Shown here: in pieces, positions 1-19,826 of the stretch | Numbering within the stretch: position 1 is the first letter of the stretch | Layout: every line of letters starts with the position of its first letter | From: Collodictyon triciliatum | Taxonomy: Eukaryota | DNA length: 40,168 nucleotides | Assembly: GCA_043381765.1 (NCBI GenBank) | Contig: JBHJMP010000165.1 | Span: 1 to 40,168 of the forward strand | Reading direction: 5' to 3' | Position numbers and translations under genes: made by a program | The notes under the pieces: generated by a model | Seen by the model: the letters and a program-made list of their open reading frames with translations, nothing else | What the model was told of the DNA's origin: nothing | Databases searched by the model: none

Positions 1-1121
1 TTACGGAGTGTTTCTGTTGCATTGTTATTTTTTGCTCAAGGGGGTCAGAGACTATAAATACAATCCTGAAAGTGGCGATGAAGAAGATAAGCCTCGGTAT
101 GGTGTCTAGCATCAGGTGGGACACCGGTGGCCATATTCCAAGGAATTATCCCCTTCTTTATCTTTTACTATATATCATCTTCTTTGAATCGAATAAAGGA
201 AAAAAAAAACTATATATCATCTTACTATGTTGTTCCTTTCTTCATGAATGCAAAAAAACAAACGGAATGGGAATCACAGGGAGGACTATTGTGGTTCCAT
301 TTCTGTTGAATACAATCGATGCTTACCAGAACAACTTACTTATTGACAAGTCCACAGAGCTCTTGAAGCATCGCATGTTGACGGGAAACCGGATGAATTT
401 TACCTCTTTGGCTATTCTCAGGCTGATGGTCACAGACTCGCTGAATTTTTTTTGAGCTGTCATTGTGGCATTGTCATCTGGATTCTTTGAGATACTGTTC
501 CGTGCTACGTTCATGCATCGCACATTGCTAACCATAAGCCTTTTGGAATATTACGAGAAAAATAAATACAAGTGCTGCTTCTGCAGGCAAAAGATAGAGA
601 ATATCAATAATGACGACCCCTTGGAGGGCTCATCTCTATCGAGCATTCAAATGAAAAACGAAAGAAACGTAGAGTGCAAGGTTACAAAAGGGGACATAGT
701 GTAATCGAATAAGAGATTCCAACATATCGTAGATAAAAGAAGCCGCGACATCGCAAACTACATTCTTGCATACAGGTCGCATCGCTCATTTTTTGTGTAG
801 ATGAACGATATTCAACTTGTCTTTTTCATTTTCCTGATTCTGTTTTTGTGAAAGCCAATCGATGATTACGTGATTTTTCAAACATTTACAACTGCAACCG
901 AATTGGTAGTGAGTATTATGATACAGCTCCCCATCGAATTATTCACACAGATTGTTTCCATGGCCATTGATAAGTATTATTTTGGTATTCATGTCGCGTT
1001 TGAAAAGTCGTTTGGATTTGTGTTGAAGTCTTGGATGATTGTTCAGGCCGCATTCATCTTGCTGATGGTTCTTTTCTACTCGACCTCTCCTTTTCGCCCC
1101 AGCACAGAGTATTGGGAATAA
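1..1121 (+). pseudogene. 3' part of a multi-pass membrane protein gene with four in-frame stop codons (pseudogene or recoded gene); 5' end lies outside the window
   Basis: ORFs 72-455, 465-704 and 870-1121 share one frame. It reads as hydrophobic TM-like segments (FF*AVIVALSSGFFEILF; IQLVFFIFLILFL*KP; LVVSIMIQLPIELFTQIVSMAI; WMIVQAAFILLMVLFY) broken by TGA 453, TAA 702, TAG 798 and TGA 849. An upstream exon (~2-101, YGVFLLHCYFLLKGVRDY) and an intron (~100-280) are probable. Confidence 0.55.
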
Positions 1122-1272
1122 ACACTTTTAGAAACCTTTTATTTGGCAAAAAAAAAATGGGAAAAGACAAAAAAAACAGAGAAAGATAATAATAAAAGAA
1201 ATAATAGAAAGTTTTTAGAATTCAATGTTGATGTATTCATATAGCTTATATCATCCCCTCCACACAAGAGAA

Positions 1273-1343
1273 GCGCTCGTGGTCTAGTGGTATGATGATC
1301 GCCTGCCACGCGGTCGACCCGGGTTCGATTCCCGGCGAGCGCA
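1273..1343 (+). tRNA. tRNA-Gly (anticodon GCC)
   Basis: Acceptor stem GCGCTCG/CGAGCGC with discriminator A; D-arm TGGTCTAGTGG; anticodon arm ATCGC-CTGCCAC-GCGGT; T-arm CCGGG-TTCGATT-CCCGG; Pol III TTTT terminator at 1346-1349. Confidence 0.97.
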
Positions 1344-1607
1344 CCTTTTGCCAGCCCTATCTCACGCCCGAACTGTTCACACTGGTGATGTATTTCTCAG
1401 CGCGCTTTTTGTTTTTGTCTGCCAATCCTGCGATATATGCATTGTTGATTGAAGAAGGGACTCTTTTGATTCACGCAGGTTGCCGGTGTACATTGGGAGT
1501 TTATCTTTTCTGTGCTTTCAGCGAATTTTTCTACAGTGATAGTACTCTCCAATGAACAAGAGATGAGGTCTTTTGAGGATATAATACTAATGAAAATAAA
1601 TCAAATT

Positions 1608-2459
1608 TCAGTGTAGAATGCGGCTAGCGCTCACGTAGTCACTTGTACTAACACATAGACTCATATTTAATGCTTCCCAGGTGGCACATTCAACCCGAGC
1701 CATCCAGTCCGGCGAAGTGCCGACTATTTTGGTGAAGAGGGAGTTGTGAACCTCGTCGTCTAGATGCAGTTTTGTTGACAAAAGCACACAAGCGAAATAC
1801 AAGTTCTTTAGGGTTTGTGTGTTTTTCGATACGTGCGATATTCGGTGGAAAAGAACGAATGCATGCACAACCAATGAAGCATCTATTATTTCCCTCTTGC
1901 GCAATTCATTCAGATGGGATATGAGGTTCAAAATCTTACTACTGGAAGTTTCCTCGATAACAGTCCTCAACTTTATGTATTTTTCGCCTACGTAAGGCGC
2001 TCTTGGTGTTCGTCTCTTGTGTTCTAACGCAGCCATTCTGATTATCATGTTATCAAGACGAGTCAAAAGTGCCTCCCATTGAGAATCTGAAAGCTTTGGA
2101 ACTTCATCGGGAATTTCTATGCATTTAGATTCTTTGCTTTCAATCGTGATGGATGATGGACTTTGTGGATGGAATTTTGGTGGTGACCGCACTGTGGATG
2201 TCGAGTCCACCGATATTGGTGCTGTTTGAAGAGGCGACGATATTTTTTCTGGGGTTGGTGAGATTCGTGTAATGATAATATCTACATCGGCTGGTGCGCA
2301 AGATGCCAGTTGCTGTGTACAGCAACACATTGATAGCATGAAAGAGTCGAAGATTGTGAGGCGATTCTGTGTATTTTGAGGAGAATGATTATCTGTATCC
2401 TTCTTTGTTCTTGTGTTTGTCTCGAACGTGGCATTTCTTTGTGAGTGAACAGTCTCCAT
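1608..2459 (-). CDS. Pho80/cyclin-P(U)/cyclin-Y-type cyclin, single coding exon, S/P-rich N-terminus
   Basis: First ATG of the open frame is at 2459 (METVHSQ). C-terminal cyclin box VVHAFVLFHRI...LYFACVLLSTKLHLDDEVHNSLFTKIVG...MARVECATWEALNMSLCVSTSDY matches the Pho80-like pattern. Confidence 0.85.
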   Translation of the reverse strand: METVHSQRNATFETNTRTKKDTDNHSPQNTQNRLTIFDSFMLSMCCCTQQLASCAPADVDIIITRISPTPEKISSPLQTAPISVDSTSTVRSPPKFHPQSPSSITIESKESKCIEIPDEVPKLSDSQWEALLTRLDNMIIRMAALEHKRRTPRAPYVGEKYIKLRTVIEETSSSKILNLISHLNELRKREIIDASLVVHAFVLFHRISHVSKNTQTLKNLYFACVLLSTKLHLDDEVHNSLFTKIVGTSPDWMARVECATWEALNMSLCVSTSDYVSASRILH

Positions 2460-2969
2460 AAGTTGTAATGTCCCACGAGGCAAACCAGAATTTTTTTATT
2501 ATTTTTTATTTGCCACCAGCAGCGACCCGAGTTTGAGGTGGGAGATATCTTATGGCACAACCCACATCCTATTCCGCCTGTAGTCAGAGGAAATGGTCGA
2601 TTCGAATCAGGGTTACTCAGTCTTTAAAGGTGGTCGTATTGAGACGAAGCGCCGGCAAAATGGCTTCATTGGATAATAAGACCGGCATCGTCAACTTGGC
2701 AATATGGAAGTTGAAAGTAGAGGTTCCCTGCGTAAGGATACCTGAAAAAAATTGAAATAGTACATTTAAGTAACAATTTTATTCTATGTAATTTATATTT
2801 TTTTGGAAAAAATATTTGCATTTAGAATTTTTAGTTAGATACATTTATTTTCCACAAATATTATGTCGCTAAACTCGATCACACAGAACACAAAAAAAGC
2901 GAAGATAAAAACAACAAAAAAAGAAAGGAAAAGAAAAAAAGAAAGAAAAAAAAAAAAAAAAAAAAAAAA

Positions 2970-3038
2970 NNNNNNNNNNNNNNNNNNNNNNNNNNNNNNN
3001 NNNNNNNNNNNNNNNNNNNNNNNNNNNNNNNNNNNNNN
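2970..3038. other. assembly gap (N run) flanked by A-rich repeat
   Basis: Run of n characters. Confidence 1.
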
Positions 3039-3232
3039 AAGGAAGAATAAGAAAAGAAGAAGAATGCCGGACAATATTTATGTCTCCTAGCAGAGCATAC
3101 CAATACATATTGAAACGACCGGAGAGTGAAGAATGATCTAGAGGCAAGAGAACCACGGAGGTTGTGTTTCGAATGATAAGTCACTGTGTAGGTTCGACAG
3201 AGTCTCTCAAAGTGCGTGCCTTGGATTCGCTT

Positions 3233-3834
3233 ATGAATCCTGTCGGACAGCCTTCCACAAACACGGTGCAGGATCTCTTCCAGAGAGCTGACAAGGCAGG
3301 AACCGGCCTTATCAATTTCCAAGAGTTCAAGGATGTGAGCCTCCGTTATGTTTTAAAAACAAAATGATATCTGAAGACTTGTTTGGTGCTGTCTGTCTAT
3401 CTATTTATATATTTATATATTTATATATCTATTTATTTATCTATTTATCTATTTATTTATTTATTTATCTATTTATTTATCTATTTATCTATTTATCTAT
3501 TTATCTATTTATCTATTTATCTATTATCTATTTATCTATTTATCTATTTATCTATTTATCTATTTATCTATCAAAATCTACGTTTTCTTAGTTCTGGTTT
3601 GGTTTGGTTTGGTTTGTGAAATTGCGTTTGATTTTCACAAGGAAAATTTAGAAAAATGATTTTGCACATAGGTCTTCTTATCGGCAAGAGATGGCTTTGA
3701 TCCAGGTACTGCATCGCATCTCTTTGAAACACTTGACTCAGGTTAGAAACTTATCAAAATCAAAATGTTTCTGAGATCTTAGTATGCCCTCTTCCATCCT
3801 TTTCTATCCTTTTTTATTTTTATTTTTATTATTA

Positions 3835-3921
<87 letters not shown>

Positions 3922-6900
3922 TTATTTTTATTATTATTTAATTGACCTCCTTTTGTATTCAGATAAAGATGGGTTTTTAAGACTGACTGACATATTAAGT
4001 GCCATGGAACGGGCAGATTTCGGTCAGCCAGAATGTAAAGAGTCCCATATTTTCGTTCGGAATAATCATATATCCTTATATTTTATTTTAAGTTCTAAAA
4101 GCTTAACACGCCCAAATTATAGCGCGTCACAAATCCCAAAATGGCACCCCAGAACATGTAATTTTCCTGTTCCTACAACACAGATTTCATGTTGCACTAT
4201 TTCCTTCTTCTTTTTTTTTTCTCCGTTATATATGAATTTGAGAAACTTTGCGTTCACCTCGCAGATAATTATCTTGTCATCAAGTTTGTGACTAAAATTG
4301 CTGTTTCAGGCTATACCTCAAGAAATTTCATCATCAGTTAAAACCCCACTCAATGGCGAGAGTTATGGAGAGGTTGCGATATGTTACCTATGACTGTTAT
4401 GATATGATTTAACAAAATGATAAAGAAAATATTCATATTGCTTGAATTTGCTTTGAATCGAATAAAAGAAACACAATACTATGAATTTTTGACTTGTTAT
4501 CTATTTAAATTTTAGGTAGAAAAACTAAGACAAGAGTTATCCGAATGCAGAAAAAGCGAGGAGTCATACCGCTATGTATTTTATTCATGAACTGACACAT
4601 TGATGCCTTGGTTTTTAGATGCTATTATTGTCTATATTCCTCTTATATATGGAATTTGATTATTTTTAGAAGGCAGAGAATCTCTCTCTGACATTGAGTG
4701 ATGCTGCTGCCCAAAAGCTCCACTTACAAGTGCAGTTGGACGAGTCGAACAAAAAGTATTATGATTGTTGTCTAGAGCTAGCCAAACTAACCGCACTATA
4801 TGAGTCCACGCAAGCAGAGGTATTTTCAGTACATGGCATTGGTTCGTTCATCGATGTTTATTTATGCCGAGTGTATAGTTTTCGATGTATCAAAGAAGGA
4901 AAAAACTACATCCATATAGCTCTTGGATACTCAAAGAAAACTGGAATCTGTTCTCTACGATATTGATCATTCTAAAAAAGAAAGGTTACGGGCATCATCT
5001 CAAAGTACAATCGATCATGGTTTGAAATTTGATTCATCAGAGGGTATTGTAAATCATTTCTACTGTGCCTTATTTTACATTTTCTTCTTTTCCTTTCTTT
5101 ATCTGATTTATTTTACAACTTTAGAGAAAGACATCCGTCTGAAGGAGGAAAACCAATCCTTAAAACAAATGAATTCCATAATGGAAATCAAGATTAAGAC
5201 TCTTCAGAGACAGTTGGATGATGTAAACCCCTTTGATATACTTTTTTATGAAGAATATATGATTGACCAATCACGATATCAAATATAATTTTATCAATTT
5301 TATTACTACAAATAAGCCTTTATCATTTTTCAAAATGTCTAGTCTTTCACTGTCATCGATAATTTGCGAAATGAATCTCGGGAGACGGGGCATTCAATAG
5401 CCATCTTTAAAGAAGAACTGGATGGATTAAGCCAACAGGTCTAATGGGATTTTGCAACATGAATGACACTGATCAAGCTCACAGTATTTAATTACTTATT
5501 TTTTATTTAAAGACATTTGAATTCAACTAAAAATACAATATAGAATCAAACCCTAGAAAAATCGCTGAGACTTTATCAAGCCCAAGTGTCTGACCTTACT
5601 TCCATTCTTGAGCAATATCCACATTAAATTTACGTTATATGTTTCTTGATTTGTGTGAACCGACCACCACGTATTTAATTGTTTCCTTTTGTTTTTTTTT
5701 TTTTAAAAAAAATTCTTTCTAAAGCATAGCACCTGAATTATTTTTAAAATATGTATATAATTGTGAAACTTTGTTTATCTTTGACATAATATTTACAAGT
5801 CAAACAAGTCAGTCCAACTGGGATGAAGTGAGTTTAAAATAATTGCAAGTGGCGTATAATATATCACAGTGAATGATTGTATATCTCATACGGATAGAAG
5901 GACTCTGTTTTAGTTCCATACAAGTTGGAAATTGATGATTTGAGAAGAAAGCTCGTTCAGGTCCAACGCGATAATGCATCTCTCCGTCTCCAATCAGAGT
6001 CCCTACGTGGGCAAAATGTATGTGTTCGCGTTTGTTTCATATTCATGAATTAACTTGGGAAGTTGTTGGTAGTATGTCTTTCCTCAAACGAGGGAAAAAA
6101 TCGCTAAATATTGGATCATATAGGATCAGCTGATTGAAGCACAGAAGAAGCATGAATCTCTGCTCGCTATCTCTGAACTCATCCAAGAGCTTCTGGTCAC
6201 TCTTTCTGGAATATCCGAAATACAAGGCTATGCGATGTATTTGTCTTACATAAACCTCTATTTCTATGATTCATTCATATTCTCGGATTGAAAAATATAT
6301 ATTATATAATCATACATTCACCATCCAGGCTGAATTCGTCGAAAAATCACGAACTATTTCATTCGATGTACACCCGCGTCCTTCAAGGATTAAGTCATCT
6401 CCAAAATGTAAGAGGTGATGAATATGCGGGTCCCTCTGCAACTCAAGGTGGCGCAGTGGATGGAGGTGCATTCTTCAAAGATGAATGGATGCAAGAGTGT
6501 AGGCAGTTGTTGGCGCGCGCTCATTCATCGACAGCAACCAGCCACAGTGATGGGTACTTGAATGGCGACCTGAGAGAATCACCTCTGGATTCCCAAACCA
6601 TTGAGGATATCATGGGACTTTATGAATCCCCATTCGAGAAGCTGAGAGAGGTTCTCATGGAGCTGGCGAGTGTATACAATTTAAATACACATACAAAAAT
6701 ACCAATGAACTCTTTGGAAGCTGTAATTGCGTCATGGAGAAGAGTCGATGGGTCAATCCGAGAGATAATCAGAGAGGTAGAATCAACTAGAAATATGAGT
6801 GCACAATTAGCTGACTCTTCCGAAAGTGTTGAACAATTGCAGGTTTATATGTCCCTCTCTTTTGATATTCGAAGGATTTTATTCAAAATAACGGTATTGT

Positions 6901-9578
6901 AAATTGGATTTTCGTCACTTTTATCTAAATATGCAACTTCGGTTGCTTATAATTAGAAGGAACTTGATGTTTTAAGCAGAAATCTGAAAAGGGAGTCTGA
7001 AAGCAGGAAAACTCAAGAAACGAAGGTATCTTTTTTTTATGTCTCCCTGTATCTCTTATCCCTTAATCTGATTACTTTAAAAAAAAACTAAATTATCACA
7101 TCCGTATGATTATTTTTGACAGAACTCCGAATTAATCGTAAACTGCCAGCGGCTGGAAGCCGAGCTTGTGCATGCATATAATATAATTAACGAGAAAGAA
7201 CAAACTATTTTAATATTAACGGAGCGATTGGATTCATTGAGAACTTCAATGTATAACTATTTTAATGATATCAATACCTTTCTTGTAAATGTGACGATAT
7301 AGTTTGGTTTCATGCATATTTTAGCATATGAAAGTTAGGATTTGCACAAAATTAAAGGAAAGAATAAATAGCATATAAAAATTAGCATTAATTGAAAAAT
7401 TGATATTTATGGAGCAGTGCGTCTAGCATACCAACTACAAGTGTACAAGAGCCAATTTTCAGAAACCCAGTGGGCATATCTGAGGTTTTGTAACATCTAA
7501 TTTCAATTTTAGTTGAAGTGTGTGGCATCAAGATCATTTTTCACATTTCCTTTTTTTTTCTTTTTTTTCTTTTTTTTTTCTTCTTCGATGGTAATCAAAT
7601 ATACAGAACGATATTGTTCGCCGCATTATGAAATGTTCGGACCAAATTAAGTCGTGGAAAGAAGAAATAACCTTGGAATCCGATTTCAGTTCAGCACATC
7701 TCTTTACTAATCAGCTCCAAAGTCACGTTCCTCTTGACAATGATGCCAGTGAGCAAGGTCAAAAAGCTCAAGTAGTAAGTACTGCAGTTCCTCTTTCTGA
7801 AGGTTATCATATAGCAGAGACAAGAAGTCAAATTATGCGGATACAACCAGAAACGTCCCATCATCTTGAAAGCCCCCCTCAAGAAACAAGCGACGTCCAC
7901 GTCATGGAGTCCGATGCACGAACCGACCAACTTTCTATTGGTTCTGATTCTCAACTAGCAACCACGAATCCCTTAATAAGCAATGAATTCCCCCATGGCG
8001 AAATAGCTCCGGTCCTTGTTCATCCCCTCCAAACCGCTCAGATACAGGAAACAGTCGAGTATATCATTTTTGACGGCGAGCCTAATCGCACGAAACAAGA
8101 CCAACCCCTGCAAAGTTTGTCTTTTGATGAAAAAGAAGCAGAACTGCAGCAAGCCCACCTAATTCGACATGAAAATGTCGTAATTTCCCCAAAGCAGCCC
8201 CCTGCACCCACAGAATTCCCTGTATCTCCAAACACAAGTCACATTTTTCCAATTACAACCGTGGTCGATGGAACTTTGCCTGACGAGTCTCCTTTCTCAA
8301 CACCCTCGCTTCGCAATCCACTTTCTGCTGCAATAGGCATGTATTTTACTTTATGTGCTCATGTCTCTATCACTGCAATCATGCTAGTAAATTGTTCATG
8401 TGTTTTCCTCCTTTTTCTCTTTCATGTAAATGGTATCTATTTTATTCTATTTTATTCTATTTTATTCTATTTTATTCTATTTTATTCTATTTTATTCTAT
8501 TTTATTCTATTTTATTCTATTTTATTCTATTTTATTCTATTTTATTCTGTTTTATTCTGTTTTATTTTATTTTATTTTATTTTATTTTATTTTATTTTAT
8601 TTTATTTTATTTTATTTTATTTTATTTTATTTTATTTTATTTTATTTTATTTTATTTTATTTTATTTTATTTTATTTTATTTTATTTTATTATTTCCCAT
8701 CCAACCACAACCTCACCCACCACGATATCTACACCCCAGCATCGCCTTCCGAGAACATCGCACCGCACAACCCCGACGAAAACGTGTCGACTTTGCCAGG
8801 TCGCAAAGATGATGCACACAACACAAAGACGCGACTATCACTCGAGCCCGACACGCAGGAAAACGAGTCGCAGTCCGCAGCAACCGCCGCCGTCGCGTCA
8901 TATCCATCATCCCTCGTCTCCGAAAGCGAAATCCCACCACTCAATGCAAAGCCTCCTTCTGCCACATCCTTGCATTCCGCCCCTACGCCTCTGGTCTCGC
9001 CCGCAAGCACAAGATACAGCTCACCACTTCATCCAGCTGGTGTTGTGACCATTCACGCTTATCAATCACAGTACCAATCACAACCACAATCACAACCACA
9101 ATCACAACCACAATCACAACCACAACCACCATGGCCACGCCAAGCCTTCCAGCCTTCTGTCCCGGCGCGTGGAGCAGCCCCAATCATCACACGCGGGCAA
9201 AAGCAGTCCTTGCATCAAACCACATCATACATCATTCCGATGCCACCGCAACAAACCCATCACCAGCATCAATCCCACCATCACCAGTCACCAAGCGTGG
9301 CATTCCAACCAACACCATCACAGGCGACCGGCCAAACACTCCGACGGTCTGTGTCCTACGTGAGTCCCACTCTGGCTAATCCCCCATCACATGCTCTGCA
9401 CCAAACTCCGGTCTTTGTCCATCGCTCGCCTCAGCCACCTACATCCCACGGCATGCGTTACGTGAGTCCGTCGCTGCCTCCTGCCTATTCTCTCCACTCC
9501 AATCGGCCTTCATCTGCGGCCTCTTTCCGCTCGTCGGGCGATTATGGCGTTCCGCGCAGTGGCGCTGCGCGGCGATGA
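3233..9578 (+). CDS. Multi-exon EF-hand protein with long coiled coil and P/S/Q/H-rich C-terminal tail
   Basis: About 20 hand-spliced exons stay in frame. EF-hand 1 DLFQRADKAGTGLINFQEFKD; EF-hand 2 HLFETLDSDKDGFLRLTDIL; heptad-rich exons ~4516-7250; low-complexity last exon 8740-9578 ending in TGA. The model uses an AT-AC intron (5615-5796) and a GC-AG intron (8337-8739). Start codon uncertain. Confidence 0.8.
3397..3571 (+). repeat. (TATC/TATT)n intronic microsatellite
   Basis: Direct reading. Confidence 0.95.
3815..3938 (+). repeat. (TTA)n intronic microsatellite
   Basis: Direct reading. Confidence 0.95.
5615..5796 (+). other. AT-AC (U12-type) intron in the EF-hand gene
   Basis: CA|ATATCCAC...TATCTTTGAC-ATAATATTTAC|A. 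Splicing restores the frame (SILEQ-SQTSQSNWDE); the unspliced frame stops at TAA within a few codons. Confidence 0.8.
8436..8693 (+). repeat. (TATTC/TATTT)n intronic microsatellite
   Basis: Direct reading; lies inside the GC-AG intron 8337-8739. Confidence 0.95.
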
Positions 9579-9657
9579 GTTAATTCGTGCGCGCTGGTCT
9601 TTAGTTCTTTAGCAGGCTTCATAAACTCTTGCCTCGATAGGGGCAACCCAGAGAATC

Positions 9658-9658
<1 letters not shown>

Positions 9659-9747
<89 letters not shown>

Positions 9748-9807
9748 TTTGTTTGTTTTTTTGTTTTTTTGTTTGTTTTTTGTTTTTTTGTTTGTTTTTT
9801 GTTTTTC
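9659..9807 (+). repeat. poly-T/(TTTG)n tract between convergent gene ends
   Basis: Direct reading. Confidence 0.95.
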
Positions 9808-9972
9808 TTCTTTTACTTCATCAAAGCTATGGATTAAGGCTAGATTCACACCCAGGAGTGTGCATTTAATTGTCATATCTCGCTATGTATTTTGTAAAGA
9901 AGTCAGCTGCATTTTATACAAATCTGCAGGGAATCATGTGCGCTGCGAGACTGCTCTGGTTGCATTCCAAAG

Positions 9973-18855
<8,883 letters not shown>

Positions 18856-19315
18856 ATATGCGTGTGTGTTCTATGAATGAATGGTTGTGTTTGCTTGCAA
18901 GGAGAAAACAGTAGGAGGAAGGAAGGCGGTCAGGCTTTCTCCAGGGCAGTGTTTCCGTGGGGAGTGGGAAGGATAAGCGTGATGACGCAGCCACCAGAGA
19001 AGGGGATGAAAGGTTTTGCAGTGGGATTGTGGGAAAAGGTAAGCGGGCTCGTGCGCCTCAGGAGGTATGATGTGTTCGCAAAAGGTTGCAAAACTGTTGT
19101 CCAAATTGTTTGACAGGTCGTGGTGCAAGTCTTGTGGTTGTTTGGTGCGATGAGTTGTGTCAAGCTTATCAACCTGTTTGGTGTTAACTGATGAACTGAA
19201 TAGGGCGCCGCTTCTCAACTCGTGCACTTGCAATCGTTTGAAGAGCGTTCTCTATCTCTTATCTGTAGGTACATTTTTTGTTTATTTTCCTCCTTTTTTT
19301 TTTTTTGTTACTTCC

Positions 19316-19434
19316 ATCTTTTTGTTTCTTTTTTGTTGGTTTTTGTTTGTTTTTGTTTGTTTGTTTTTTTGTTTGTTTTTTTGTTTGTTTTTTTGTTTGT
19401 TTTTTTGTTTGTTTTTTTGTTTGTTTTTTTGTTT

Positions 19435-19505
<71 letters not shown>

Positions 19506-19655
19506 TTTGTTTTTTTGTTTGTTTTTTTGTTTGTTTTTTTGTTTGTTTTTTGTTTGTTTTTTTGTTTGTTTTTTGTTTGTTTTTTGTTTGTTTTTGTTTG
19601 CTTTTGCTTTTGCTTTTTGCCTTTGCTTTTGCTTTTTGCCTTTGCTTTTGTTTTG
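19316..19655 (+). repeat. T-rich compound microsatellite (TTTG, poly-T, TTTTGC)
   Basis: Direct reading. Confidence 0.95.
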
Positions 19656-19826
19656 TGTGGTATTAACACCTCTATATTATATAGGTGATAATACGACATT
19701 TTGGTTTTGTTTTTTTTAAAGAGTATGAAAGGCAAAATAGATAATACATACGAATATAAATAAACAATTTTGAGCTTTCATTGAATTTTTTTATCAACTT
19801 CAGATGTCCCCGAATATATATTTATA

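Noticed and set aside
453-851. Alternative nuclear genetic code
   Set aside because: Other genes end normally at TAA, TAG and TGA and have no internal stops.
3364-3619. ORFs made of YLSI/FILF/KKER/FVCF repeats (also 8353, 12620, 18082, 19157-19735, 29812, 31841)
   Set aside because: These are translations of microsatellites, not genes.
4070-4077. Perfect ATATCCTT U12 donor motif (also at 13744-13737 on minus, 18038 and 27317)
   Set aside because: Each lies inside an intron already explained by an in-frame GT-AG splice, and none has a matching branch point plus AC. A few such 8-mers are expected by chance in 40 kb of AT-rich DNA.
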